Shown in pieces: positions 25,048 through 38,570 of a stretch of 64,000 nucleotides of DNA; within the stretch, counting starts at the first letter, position 1; each line of letters begins with the position of its first letter. The stretch comes from Bigelowiella natans CCMP2755 (taxonomy: Eukaryota > Protista > Cercozoa), in NCBI GenBank assembly GCA_000320545.1, contig ADNK01001088.1:62001-126000 (forward strand), read 5' to 3'. The notes beneath the pieces are model-generated. The model searched no databases. It was not told the DNA's origin and saw only the letters and a program-made list of their open reading frames with translations. The translations under genes were made by a program, and so were the position numbers.

Positions 25048-26707
25048 TAGAAGCCGCTATCGATACAGCTACTACTGCACAGCTAGTTCTTTACGATCTG
25101 TTGAGATGGTGGCAGTTTGGCATTACCCTTCTACGATAGGAATTGCGTAAGAGGAGATCAAAGCCTGCATGAAGCCACAGAGTCTAAATGTAGTCCAGTT
25201 CAAATCGGTCTGCTTTAGGAAATCCTGAAAGAAAGCAAAGCGAAGCAGCGACAAAACGTGAAAACGAGTGAGAACAAGTACACTGGTAGTTTGAACTGGA
25301 ATCAATCGAACTGAGCTAGCGACATCGACGATGATGACAATGTTGATGGTGATGGCCATGGCGGTCGGTGGCAGTGACAACACGGATACTTTAATGTATT
25401 TCATGATACATCTGAATTTTGGACGTATCAGTCTTATCATTGATTCTCGTAAGCTTACCTCAGTTTTGGCTTTCATATCCATAAGCTTCACCTAATTAGT
25501 CAAGAAGTGGTAGAGGGTATTATTCATGGAAGTTACCGCCTATTGTCTATCTACCTTAATACAACATGCAGCTTTTGTGGCATGTACAACGTAAGTGCGA
25601 GTAGTCACGTACCTCTGGGTATTGATCACACTTGTCAATAGAGAAGAAAATGTATCTATCGATGCCCATTGCCTGTGCGGTCTCAATTAAAGCCACCTGA
25701 AGGATTTTGAGGGAAGTTTGAAGACACATTAATGAGCAGGCGATAATGTGGTTCTTATCTGGAAGGAGAAAGCATGCAAGGTACAGTGCAATGTTCATTG
25801 TAGGGACAGGTTGCCGTGTAGTCTTTGATGCGGAATCTACTTACTTTTCCGTCCCAATCAACCCGTTTGAGGGGTTCTTCAGGCCTGGCTGTCGCGCAGT
25901 CGATCACCTAAAGTAGAGGGCATTCAGATACTGCAAAAACTATTGTGAGCTTTGTGCATCCTCTCCTATTTTTTGATTTAAATGTCGCACCGCATCTACG
26001 CCCATCATTGCAGGAGGAATAGAGGTGGCCTGAGGAAGAGAAAGAGGAGTAAGCATAGGATATGTAAATATATAATCTGGACGAGTGGCACTACCGAGTG
26101 ATGATTATGTTGGAAATACTTTTGTCAACTACTAATCAATGCAATCGATTTTGCTATTACACACTCACAGTACCTGCCCAAGGTCTCCTCCGACAATGGT
26201 TGCTCCCCATCCCTGCAAAACACGCCTGCCTTCCTCGCTCTCGAACCGTTGCCTCACCAAGCAACGTACATTGTATCCATCGGAAAGAGCACGACGGACA
26301 ATCTGTCTTCCTAGTGTTCCCGTCGCCCCAACCACGAGAATGGTTCCTTTTGTCTGAGAGATGTCAGAGGAAGCTAGGGAATCTCCCTCAGCTCTCATTT
26401 GAATGTTTCTTATCGATGATGATGCCACATCTGGATTCGCCCTCTTGAATGACAAAGACGTATGCTTCTGTTTGGAGAAAAGCCTTGAATTGGAACACTT
26501 AGGTTGGGATGTAACTCTAGGAGAAGCTAGGCGTGCAGATTTAGTTGCAAGCGATTGAATAGATGATAACTGCTGCGATGAACTTGAAGATAACGTGGAC
26601 ACTCCAACAATTGTCAATGCCACCAATGAGCCAAGTAGAATAAATGATGATCTGGACGAGAGAGCTTTTTTGCATCGGCGGAATAGACTAACACACGACA
26701 GACACAT
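23693..26707 (-). CDS. ycf39: Plastid-targeted Ycf39/HCF244 atypical short-chain dehydrogenase (PSII assembly) with bipartite targeting leader
   Basis: [106 protein letters not shown]; about 115-aa hydrophobic plus Ser/Arg-rich leader. Confidence 0.95.
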
Positions 26708-27729
26708 GTTCCAAAAATTGGAGACAATTTAATTAAGTAAACACTACACGAAATTTTGCATCTTTACACTAGGATAATTGTATGTGATTTAGAATGACCA
26801 CAACAAAATTCAATGAAAATTCGATCTCGCGGTTTTTATACGTGTGCACGTGGCATTCCACGTATCCAACATTTCATTTAAGGCGATACGTTGGCCTCGC
26901 ACAGATCCTTTCGATAAAAACATTTTGCTACACTGTATTTTAAACCTTTTTCGTCTTGGGACCGTCATAATGGACTGATGGTTAACCTCCATGCTGTTCA
27001 CGGGTTCAAGTGGTATTGATCTCTCGTGAGGTGGGAAATGATTGACGAGAGCGGCGACGACTTCTCCAACCGATTGCTTCAGATTTACAAAAAATGCTCT
27101 TGATTAAGAAATATGGAAATTTACAGACGAATTGAATAATACGTCTGGCAAATATGTATGTCGCAAATAGATGTTAATCGGTTTATCTACAAAGAAAGGC
27201 CTCCTTCCAACTCTTATTCGATAAATACCGGCCGACACTGACCGTCAGTAACATTTGTCTCTTTGTCGCAAATTCAAGATGGAACCTATTTAACAGCATT
27301 TTGGTGCTGAGTAAGCAGAGATTGCATTTCGTTAAACAACCGCGTGCTAATAACTCACAGAACTTTCGTGTGCTTTCGCGCTGATTGCTGTGAGATTCGG
27401 AAAAGAAGTCTATTTATTCAAAAACACACAATTCCATGCTCTGTACACAGAAAACAGAAGGGGTTTTACTGGTGGATGGGATTTCATTCGGTCAGGAAAA
27501 AGCTGTAAGTTCGGGCACATTCTTCCATGAGATTTCGGGGCTTAGTACAGCTTCGAACTAATGAGATTTTGATGCTACGACAATGTCAGTATCATGTCGG
27601 TAGGTCAGAGTATGCCTGGGTGTAGGCCATATTTTATCGGTATTTTGGAACCAAGACCCAAGTGCACCGCCAAAAGACCCCCCCCCCTGTTCTCTTAAAT
27701 TCGTCATTCTCAAAATCTAGCGGCTCAAA

Positions 27730-30416
27730 ATGGTATTATACTCAATATATACACAGATATAACGTAACAATATGTATGGCTCGGTGGAAATTCGATTATT
27801 CGCGAGGGAAGGCTGCCGTGTGGGAAACGGAAGAAATGATTCGGAATATTTAATTTGAGAGCTGCACATTTGCTAATCAGATCGAGCAGTTCAGTGTCTT
27901 TACGAAAGGAGGGACCGTGCTGTGGTCGCAAGAACTTGAAGAGGGATTCAAAGATTTTGCGGGTATTAACACCCTTATCCAGAAAGTATTCCTTGGCGAA
28001 CGTAGTGGTGAGACCAGCTTCCAGTTCCTCTACGATGCAAGCAAGGTTTTTATTCGAAACCTACATGCATCTCCCAAAAATATGATACACACGCGCTACT
28101 GACCTCACTGGTTATTGTCCAATAATCCTTTGAGCCATTTCGAGTCGGTAAAAAGCAGTTATCTGATCTCATCTGTGTGGTATTATTTACCAGTATTTTT
28201 TGAAGTGGGCGTTCAACAACGAGCTGGGCTTAATATTTGTAGCTGTTTACCCAGCTATCCTAAACAGCCAAAGCATGATACTCATCGGTGCGTAGTCTTC
28301 GCTCCCTTCTTTCACAAAGATAATAATTTCCTTCTCGTCTCACACGCTGAAATTATCAATGTGATCGGTCTGCAGATCGCATTTTGGATGCTGTTCAACA
28401 AAAGTTCAGCTCCCTATTCCGCAAGCACAACAAGGGACCTTCAAGATCAAGGGTAGTTCAAACATCCCTGACAACATGTTTTCTATATTTGGTCCTGCAT
28501 TCGATGAATTGAGCCGCACCTCATTGTCGTCATGTATATATGTGTACTACTCTCTGCAGTATTTTTGCAAGTTCGACTTCGATCCTTACTACGACGAGAT
28601 CGTGGAGTATTTCGAACGGGAAGCCGCAAAGCCACGTGCAAGAGTCACAAGAAGGTGTATATGCCATGTGCGCAGGCGCGCGCACACACATGAGCTGAGA
28701 AAACTCCCTCCACCACCACCACCACCGTTCTAACAGGTTTGAGGACACTAAGAAGGGAAGCGAAGTGAAAAAGCCTAATGCAGCTGAGAAGAAGAAGGTA
28801 GGTGGTAAATCGAGGAGGATACAACAAAATATAACTACAGTCTATCCTTCCTCAATGAGAATCATATGGGCGAGTTGTTGTCTACGATATGGAAACGACG
28901 TCCTCCTTTGCTTTTTGGTATATATAGGAGGAAGAGCGCAGAAGAAAGGCTGAGGAGAAGGCCAAGCGGAATCAACTAGCCGCTGATGATAATGAGGAGG
29001 AGGAGGAGGAGCTTACAGCTGAGGAAAAGAGGCAGGCAGCTCTGGCAAGGCTCAGAGCAAAAGGTATATTGTTACGTTATACACGTCTCTTAGATAAGAA
29101 CAGCTCCTCCCCCCCCCCTGCCATCCTTCTCTAATCTTTTCTCCCCTTCCTATTCTTCTTTCCCGTTTTTACACTGTGTTTTCTACAGGACGTGGAGGGC
29201 CTCGAAAGTTCAAAAAAAAAAGCAAAGAGAAGAAGCCGGCAAAGACACCAACGAAGAAGGCGAGGGATTGGCAGAATAGACTGTCAGCCGAAGAAGCTGA
29301 GGTCAACCATGCACCGGATAATAAGCACAATCAACCTTTTTGACAGTATGAGTGAGGAGTAGAGATACCTTGCTGCTTTCCTTGCTGTAACCAAGTAGGT
29401 GTTGCTTGTTTTGAGCTTGGTGATTGCTGTCATAGGCACTTAATATGGGTGAGAAAGCTCCCGAGGGGGATGCTGCGGATCAGGTGACCGAGAAACGTGT
29501 TGCTGAGTTCAAGAATACGTACATGCCTACCGGGAAAATTGAATTCCGAGACGACGATGATGATATCGAAGTCGATGATGATTCCAAGTCTTCTAAATCG
29601 GTAATAATGAACCATGATGATGCACATTCTCGATCATTGGCTACCACTACTACGCCTCACTCGCTCTCGGAAGGACAATTATCGAGACACCTGACACTCA
29701 TTCATGCTGCTATACCCAGGGAATATTCTCGTTCTTCTCGTCTCTCACAGGGCAAAAGCCCCTCACAGAAGAAGATCTAAAACCTGTGTTAGCAAAGGTA
29801 ACGACTGGCCATTCCGTGGCGCCTGTGTTGCTCAGAGACTCAATCATCCTCATCATTCTCATTATGATTAGGTAAAGTCCGAGCTGATGGCCAAGAATGT
29901 AGCTGTGGATATCGCTGAGAAAATTGTTGATTCCGTTTGCACAGCCCTGGTAGCAATAATAGCATAAGTTGTGGTGACGAAGATGCATGTCTTGCGATAG
30001 AGATATGGTCGATAGTGAAGAATACACCATCATCGCTGCTGCCTGCCCCAAGAATAACCACCAAAAAAAAGACCGTTCCTACTATTATTGTTGTTCGTAG
30101 ATTGGGAAAGTTGTGGGCACCTTCGGAACTGTTCGCGGCGTTGTCAAAGAAGCTGTTGAAAAGGCTCTTACCCGCATTCTCACACCCAAAAGGGTAAGCG
30201 AGGAGAAGCAGTAGGGAGGACGAGGAGGACATTGAAGCATCATCATTATCAGCATCATCAGCATCATCATCATCAATCTAACAAACTTACTGAATAATGA
30301 CAACAACAACAACCAGGTTATCAACATCCTACCAGAAATCCAAGCCGCGAAACGGAAGGGCAGGCCTTATGTTATCACCTTTATTGGAGGTGCGATGTTA
30401 ATATGCGATATATATT

Positions 30417-30447
<31 letters not shown>

Positions 30448-30902
30448 CGATGACGATGACGAGTGGCATCATGGAAAGACTTACCTAACTTGAGCAGTAA
30501 GCTGATGATGTTTGGGATGAGGGTCTTTCGTCACGAGTATTATATATATATATATATATATATATACGCATGCCCCTTCCCCTTGGAGATTCCTTCATGA
30601 CAATGAACTTTGACGTGTAGTAAACGGGGTCGGAAAATCAACATCCTTGGCAAAAGTCTGTGCATATTTGCAGTCGAAGGGCTTGACTGTCTCTATCGCT
30701 GCGTGCGACACGTTCAGATCTGGTGCTGTAGAGCAGCTCAAAACACACACGAGATGTCTAGAAGCCAGATTATTTGAGAAAGGCTACAACCGTGATGCAG
30801 CTGGTGTTGCGGCGGATGCGATTGCGGAAGCTAAGGTCATTTCATAACCTTATCGAACCTAAATCACGTACATGCATGAACATAGACGCTCACAAACAGA
30901 CG

Positions 30903-30933
<31 letters not shown>

Positions 30934-31567
30934 TCACATGCAAAATTTTACCAATCAAAAGTTACACCTCTCACTGTTTTGATTTTCCCCAGCGCTTGAA
31001 AGACGATGTGGTGCTTGTGGACACTGCGGGACGTATGCAAGATAACACGCCACTCATGAGAGCTCTGGCAAAGCTCGTAGCAGTTAACCAACCTGATCTG
31101 GTATAATAGCCTTGACAATTGAATCGATGCTATTGATCAAAAATGTGTAACTGAATTCCTAACTTTCGTTCTCACCCCCCGCCTCCCCCCCCTTCTCTCC
31201 CTACCTATCTACCCATCAGGTGTTGTTTGTCGGAGAAGCTCTTGTAGGAAATGATGCCGTGGATCAGGTGAGTCGATTTAACCAGGCGCTTAGGGAGTAC
31301 TCCACGGCAAAGAATCCGCGTCTCGTCGACGGGATGATTCTCACCAAATTTGATACCATCGATGATAAGGTATTCTATTAATGTCTATGTTTCAATATCT
31401 TGGTAAAGTCTAATCTGTTTCTATTTACCACTATGCTTTAGGTTGGAGCAGCAATATCACTGACATACGTGACTGGAAAGCCAATAATCTTTGTCGGAAC
31501 TGGTCAGACGTATTCCGATCTGAAGCGCATGAATGTCAAAATGCTTATTCGCATGCTTCTGCGCTGA
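27730..31567 (+). CDS. SRPRA: Signal recognition particle receptor alpha subunit
   Basis: M|[19 protein letters not shown]-terminus; GTPase motifs G|[62 protein letters not shown]|[15 protein letters not shown]. Confidence 0.97.
30417..30462 (+). repeat. (GAT/GAC)n intronic trinucleotide repeat (others at about 20275-20305, 44925-44952, 53239-53272, 56951-56983)
   Basis: Direct read. Confidence 0.9.
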
Positions 31568-32737
31568 GGGAAGGACATGATGATCCTAATGAATGCACAC
31601 ACTTTGTAGTCCTATGACAGTACCATGACAGTACCCTATAGTGTTCCAGTCGTCGCACATACATGCCATGTGTTTTTCTGAATTGTAATGCATGCTAGCA
31701 TGGCATAAATAACAACAGTCAACATTGATCTAGTGATGAGCACAGCTTGTGAATTAGCTTCTAGTCAAAGTAACTTCATCATTGCCTTGCATGAAAGTGC
31801 GACACTATGTCAAGATGTGCCAGCCAACAGCGAATCAGCTCTAGAGCTGCAAGCTAGCGCAGCACAGGTACTAGGCTAGCATGTGCAGGGTAGCTTGAAG
31901 GTAGCGCTGTGTGCCATGCGTGTGTGCAAACTAGCAATGTACATCGCCGCATTGCTGCGCTCATGCGTTGCACGCCCATCTCTAGATCTAGCCATGCATG
32001 CGCCCGCACAGGTTGGCTAGTTGGGTTGGCATCGCTCTGGCTAGCTGGGCGCGAACATGTCGCCACGGTCTGCTAGTCTGGCACAATGAGCGGATCAGTT
32101 TCGAAGTGTGACTGCCCGTGCTCCAAACTCAGAACAATGCCAGAACGTCTTGCACCACAATGGGCTGGGTTTCGTTGACTGTGTGACAACTGCAAACTTC
32201 CATCACATCAAAGGTGCATCTTGAGAGGGGGCACCAAGCTAGCAAGTGTCTGCCCCAAAATTTTCTTTCAAGCATTTTCAGCGTTTGGGTTCTCTGCTGA
32301 ACATCACTGCTTCGGAAAGCATGAAAAGCACAATTGAGAAAGCATTTGATTGCAGCCACTCTCCCAGCCTGCAGCAGCTTCATGTTCACGATGAGAAAGA
32401 AAGACAGAAAGCAACTTGATGATCGAAGAAAAGTACGCCTTTCTTTTCGATGTTTCTCAGTAGATCTATTGACAAATGTCGACATATTCTGAACGACACC
32501 AAATTCCGAGTTAGATTTTTTTGCGGAATATTTTATTCAGATATATTAGGATATATATCGTATATTTTTCGTCCTTGTTGGATAAAGTCGTCAGCAGACC
32601 CCATCGTCATCATCGAACGTCAGAATCTCATCCTACCCCCCCCCCCCCCCCATTGGACTACGTAGAGAGGCCCGCTATCCACGCCTAGAGGCTTCCGATT
32701 CTGGGTATACTTGGAGGGGTTTACCATAAGACAAGGG

Positions 32738-33032
32738 ATGGGAAGGTTTTCCGCAGCAGCATGGATTGGCGTGTACATGGCGTGCTCCTCATTGATGCTG
32801 ATCATCAATAAGTTAGCCATTTACTTGCTAAAGGTACCACGGGAAACCCCTGCACCGTGTTGTTAACCAGATGATCTGAATCATCAAAAATATGTTGTTT
32901 CCGCCATCTGATGAGAGCCTCCCCCCCCCCCCCCCCCCCACACACACACATATTAGGGGCCCTCTACCATCCTGTTCTGCCAGCTAATCTCCTCAGCTCT
33001 CGTTGTGAAATTCGGCAGCGTATGACAATAAC

Positions 33033-33102
<70 letters not shown>

Positions 33103-35633
33103 CATGGGTGCGGCGTTGTGTTATCAAGAATATGTGCTCACTCGTTATGCGAGTGAACTGGCATTTCAACACTGTTCGTTGTATCTATTAGATGCTAAAG
33201 ATGATCGAGATAGATGAGATTAAGTTTGATCATTTGAAGCCTTTCTCAATCGTCGCTGCAGCGTTTCTAGGGACCATTTTTGCAAATATCAAAACCTTAC
33301 AGGTAGATCCAATCCAATCATTGCGATAGATATATTAAAAATATGTATATTATATTTGCTATTGTCCCTGACTGACTATCATATGGATGTAGAACTGACT
33401 GTTGAATCCTTTCCTAGTACGCGAATGTGGAGACGTTCATAATCTTCCGGGCTTGCACTCCTCTTGCGCTTTGCGTGGTAAAGTACCTCACAGACAGACA
33501 CAGATCTAATGTTGGGTCGTCATAATAACCTAGCTGCTGCTAATTCACAGTTACTAATTCTCAGTTAGATTACATATTCCTTGGGAGACAGCTTCCAGGG
33601 CAACGATCCGTGCTATGTTTGATGGGAATGGCAGCAGGAGCGCTGGGCTATGTCAAATCGGATGATTCATTCGAAGTAGTAGCACTACACGGCCACACAT
33701 AATATGAATATATGATGTTTGTCTGAACTCTTGTTATATCACGCTCTTTTGCTCTCATCAGGCGAAGGGCTATCTGTGGGTCTCTATTTGGTTCATTGTC
33801 TTTCTATTTGACATGTAATAATTCTCTCCGTCACTTCCGCCGCAGCACAAGAAGCATAAAAACAGCATATTCGAATACCACGCGTGCGCCAAAACAACAT
33901 TCGTTCGATGCATGATTGCTTGCGCTTACTCCGTTGCTACAACCGAAAAGGATCTTCCTCAAGCATGCGGCTGACAACATCCAAGTAAGAAGATTATGAT
34001 GATTATTGTTAGCCATAAAAATACAAGAGAAACTCACCGTTCTTGTTGATATCAATCTGCACACACACGCGCGTGCGTGCATCTCACTGAACAAAACGCG
34101 GTACATCCTAACTAGCTTGTGAGTAATAAGCATCTTAACTGTTGTGGCGATCTTCCTCCGAGCCAGGGATAAGTAAGCAGTTGGCTATAGTTTCATTCTT
34201 CTTTCCCGTTGATTGGTGACATATAATAACAGGTAAAGTCGAACTGGACTCGGGTCTTCTATTCCAACTTCCTCCCTTGCGTGCCCCTCGCTGCTATTGG
34301 TCTCTTTGATAAGGTAAATACAGCATCGGAACAACTGCCAACTGTGTCTTATGAGCAATGGAGATGTTGAGTGTCCATTCCCATCAGGAAAATGAGAAGG
34401 TTGAATGGTCTCTCCCAGGGGCTTTGGTATCATCAATTTCGTCTTTACCATCACCATTATCATCATCATCATCATCATCATCAGATACTTAAATAGTCCA
34501 GGCATCCATAGCACTTCTTCTTGCTGCATCTGTGACTTTTGCTGCTACAATTCATGAATGAGCTAAGAATTGACAACAACTTCTAAATTGATGGTGTTCT
34601 AATAGATTCTTCTCGTCTCATGTGCCATGGGTTGCGCGATGAGCTATGTTTCATGGTATTACCAGTTAAAGGAAGGGGAGGGAGGGGGAGGGCTAGAGGG
34701 GGGCAAGAGGGGGGGACCAGATTTAAAAATTGGACATTTTGTTGGTGGTAGTAAGTAATAGCGCTGCTGTGTTGCTGCTGTTGATAAGTATACTTCGCGA
34801 ATCCTCCTTGATTTCTAGAGGTTGTGTAAGGGATCATAGAGCCAAACAAATGAACTAAATGGCAATCTCGCCGCCGCCCCCGTCGTCGTTGTTGTTGATT
34901 AAGGATGGCCCGTTCATTGATAACTTCCACGGCGTTCTCCATAGTCGGCAACTCGTGCAAGTTTATTACCATTATCATCAACTGCCTCATCTGGGTCACA
35001 GTTTGCTTGTAGCTGCTATTTTTCCTGTGTTATTGCAGTTGTCGTCATTATATAATCATTTCCAGAGAGTTGAATCCTGGGTTAGAATAGCACAATTTGA
35101 ACCCATTGCCGTTTGCCTTCCCAATGTATGCAATACCCGACTGTGGTGGTTTGCTATTCTCAATTCGTTGATTCCAACAGGAGAATCATGCATCTCCAAC
35201 AGGACTCGCTTGCTTATCAGTAATCCGATTTGTTCTTTCAATCCCAAAAATTCCTCATTGTTACCACATGGCAACGCAAGCGTTTCCATGCTTATCTAGA
35301 ACCGAATCCATCGATGTTTTTCTTGACAATCTTAGAATCATTCTTCACGGAAACCGTTTAACGTTGTGATTATGTTCGCAAGGTTTGCCTCGTGTCAGCC
35401 TTTTTCTACGAGCAAGCCCCCCCTCGGGTTGCATCCCCATCTCAAAAAGGCCCTTCCCCAAGTGCTGTTGCACTAACTCCGGTGGTGAGTATAGCAAACC
35501 GTCATCATGTTGATTGCCACGACTAGTTTCCAGCATTTTGATCAAAACTTTTGCATGCCTCCTGCTACTGTGGTGTGCTACTTCTTCATGGATACTTATC
35601 GATTTTTTCCGGTTTTGGATCTGTATAGCCTGA
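32738..35633 (+). CDS. Nucleotide-sugar transporter, GONST3/4-like (GDP-fucose/mannose type); 3' end approximate
   Basis: YMACSSLMLIINKLA, FLGTIFANIKTLQ|YANVETFIIFRACTPL, DYIFLGRQLP, WTRVFYSN, TAFSIVGNSCKFITIIINCLIW. Confidence 0.88.
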
Positions 35634-35763
35634 ACAAGACAACGCTGGAGAGGAAAGCTAGGTATTCATCGTCGCGTCGTCATGTTATCTTGACAAAAAC
35701 ACTTTTATATTAGTAAATGCAAAAGCTGTATCGTGTGAGTGTGATGAAATATATTGTGATTTG

Positions 35764-35799
<36 letters not shown>

Positions 35800-37032
35800 G
35801 TGTGTGTGTGTGTGTAAGACAGAGGGGGGAGGGGGGAGCTACGTACTAGTATTCATAAAGAAGTCATTATCTCAACGAATTTTTTCGACACACAGGATTT
35901 GTCATAAATTAAATTTGGCTGTTGTGATTTTGTAGCATGGGAGTGCCAATGCAGTTCACAAGGTTGCCCCTTGATCTAGATGACCTATAAGCAATAACGA
36001 ACATTCTTGAACTAGAGCAGATAGCACATCGAAGTGCATAACACATTGATCTATCAGCGCGTACTTTTTCGAAACAGACTGGAAACATGCATATCTACCT
36101 ATCATGGTTTCCATCACCACATGCTACACATGCTAGCATGGCAAGGAGCTAGGTGCCACGTACCAAGTGGATGACGCGATGCTTCAGATTGGAATTCATG
36201 CGATGCATGTCATCGATCGCAATGCATCGCATGCGCTAGCATGACATGCATGTGGCATGCATTGTTTGTGCACGTCACAACACACTTGTAGAACACACAG
36301 AACAGGTGCATGCCATCAAGTGTAGAGCGTACCATTCTAGCATTGCAAAAGCAAATCATGTAGCTCTAGACCAGTAGAGTACATCAGCGCGCGAAAGGAA
36401 CGCAAGCTAGTAAGTCTTCTAGCTAGCTAGTCGTTGCGCGCATCGTGTGACTAGTCTAGTAGTGTTAGAGCTGCGCTAGATTGATGAGCTAAATCTAGAA
36501 GCTATTAATAACTAGCAAAGACTCACACATTGCTCTGTGCTGGCCGGATTGAGAATCACTAGAAACAACGCAGATGACCACGCGCTTTGCTATGCATGTA
36601 GGTGCCATCTAATCATTGTGCTTTGTGAGCCTTTGGGCCTTTGTTAGCCAGATTAGACAAGACTATGTCAAGAATTGTAGTACCACTATTGGCAAGATCA
36701 TCCATGCTCGTTTGTCTCTGTTGGTGAAGAAATAGAGAAATGAAATTGTAATGTAATGATATGCATGCAGGGAGCATTCAAAATAGTCAGGTCTACGTGA
36801 TTTATTAGCGACCGGCAACGTGTAACACATGCAGCAAAAATGGAAGCGCCGAACTCTCCGAACAAGCTGCAGACACGTTGACCCCCCTCATCTTCTTGAC
36901 GTGTGCATAGTAATATTGCTCATCAGGAAGAGCTAGATACAAATCGGTGCGGCCAAAGTCACAACATACATTCTTATAATACTAGAGCAATGATGAAGCT
37001 CCCGACTAGACTTAATTAGTTCACTTTAAAAT

Positions 37033-38462
37033 TCAGTATTTGACGGGATGCAAAAGGACATGGTGACCGGCATTGTACTGTTCCTTTACATGGGCGAGCA
37101 TTTGTTCTTGAGTGAATTTGTGCTTCGAGTTGATGTAGAATTGAGAATCCATGTCATCATAATCTATGCCCTTTTGATTACATTGAAAGTGTCTACACAA
37201 GGTCGCGGTAAACATTTCACTTTGGGCATGTGCACCCTTGTGAAGCTCTGAATTGATCTCAGCCCTAAACGATGGTGAGTAGTACACAACATGTTCCTGA
37301 TGTTTCGACACGAACCGCCCGTCCGAGATAAAGGTACTGCGGAAGTAGTCGCTCATGTAGTCCTTCCAGATTTCGTCGTTAATATCGTATCTATCCCCGA
37401 ATTTGGTAGAAATCAGGTCTGCTTCCCCAGAATACTTATCGAAGAGAGCATTCCAGTCTCCGGTGTATTCAACATCATCCTCAAGAACCCACACTCCCTT
37501 GTTCCTCGTAGAGATCTTCGTTCGCTCTTCAAACTGCTTTAGGGCTAACGATATGGCTTCCTCGTGCAGAAAGTAAGCATGTGAATCGAGCCCCATCCCC
37601 CCCATGTGAAACTTTGGAACGGATGTGAGGGTTGGAAACTCCCGAATCATATCTTCGTCGGAGTAGAAGAATACCCGATTTCCAAAGATCTTCGAAATTT
37701 TCTCTTTTGCTTCCTCAGCAATGGAAAGAGCCAAGGTGGTCTTATTCTTGACCCCTGATGCCAACATGGCTGCTGAGCTCTCGTGAACATTCACAGAGAG
37801 AATCACGTATCTGTTTGGATTGGAGTCAATGATTCGCTCAAATCGCCGAATAGCATTGTCCGAGGGAGCAAAGGTTCTTATAATCAGAATATCAGCTTCT
37901 CGTGGTTCAGGACTATCAGCCTGTAAAAGTGCATGTCAAGGTTCAGTAAGCGATGATCGTATTCGGCGTGCGAGTCAATAAGCCCCCCCATCGGAACAAA
38001 GGGGCCATTTTGGAGTTCAAAATACCTGAGCTGTTCCGATACTCAGGAGTAGATATGCGAGGATGTTCAGCATCTTTAAGGGAACGTGACCACCGTGCTT
38101 GAGAAAACACAACGTCAATGAACACCATAGCGCAACGAAACAGAAATGTCATTGGTGCGCTCGAAAGAGAAATCGGATTGCGTTCTGCGTGTAATCTCGC
38201 AACAATAACTTCGTATCCTTCGCTAATGCCGTCCACCTGGGGCGAGGAGTATCCAAGCCTTCTTCCTAAGGCTAAGCTGCCTCGAAGGGGGGAGAAATGA
38301 GAAATAACTACGAAGAAGAATACCGAGGCAGAAGATGATGGGAGAGCCAGTGCGTTTCCATTCATATTTAACCTGCGAAATAGGAAAAATGGCTTCTTCG
38401 TCCTGCAATTCTCCACATGTTTTTTTCGGGCTGGAAGAATCTTGTCGTAAGTCTAAAATCAT
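37033..38462 (-). CDS. Putative glycosyltransferase-like protein resembling DUF3405; 5' exons uncertain
   Basis: Large last exon with VWVLEDDVEYTGDWNALFDKY..ADLI, SEMFTATLC and C-terminal LLHPVKY; family assignment by recall. Confidence 0.55.
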
Positions 38463-38570
38463 GGGGATTTCCTAGGATTTCCTTTGTTTTTTAAACAAGG
38501 AAATCCACATCTTCCTCCCTTCCCCTTCTTCTTCCGACTACTGTACAATACAGCGGAGAAGAAGGATAAG

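Noticed and set aside
26810-27660. Coding-like sequence between ycf39 and SRPRA, possibly a - strand gene
   Set aside because: Only short ORFs, with no recognisable motif or confident exon chain.
31942-32432. CpG methylation decay as the cause of TG/CA excess
   Set aside because: CpG remains present in the tracts (cgcg, tcga, gcgcgcg), and C->T decay cannot remove TpA or spare CTAG.
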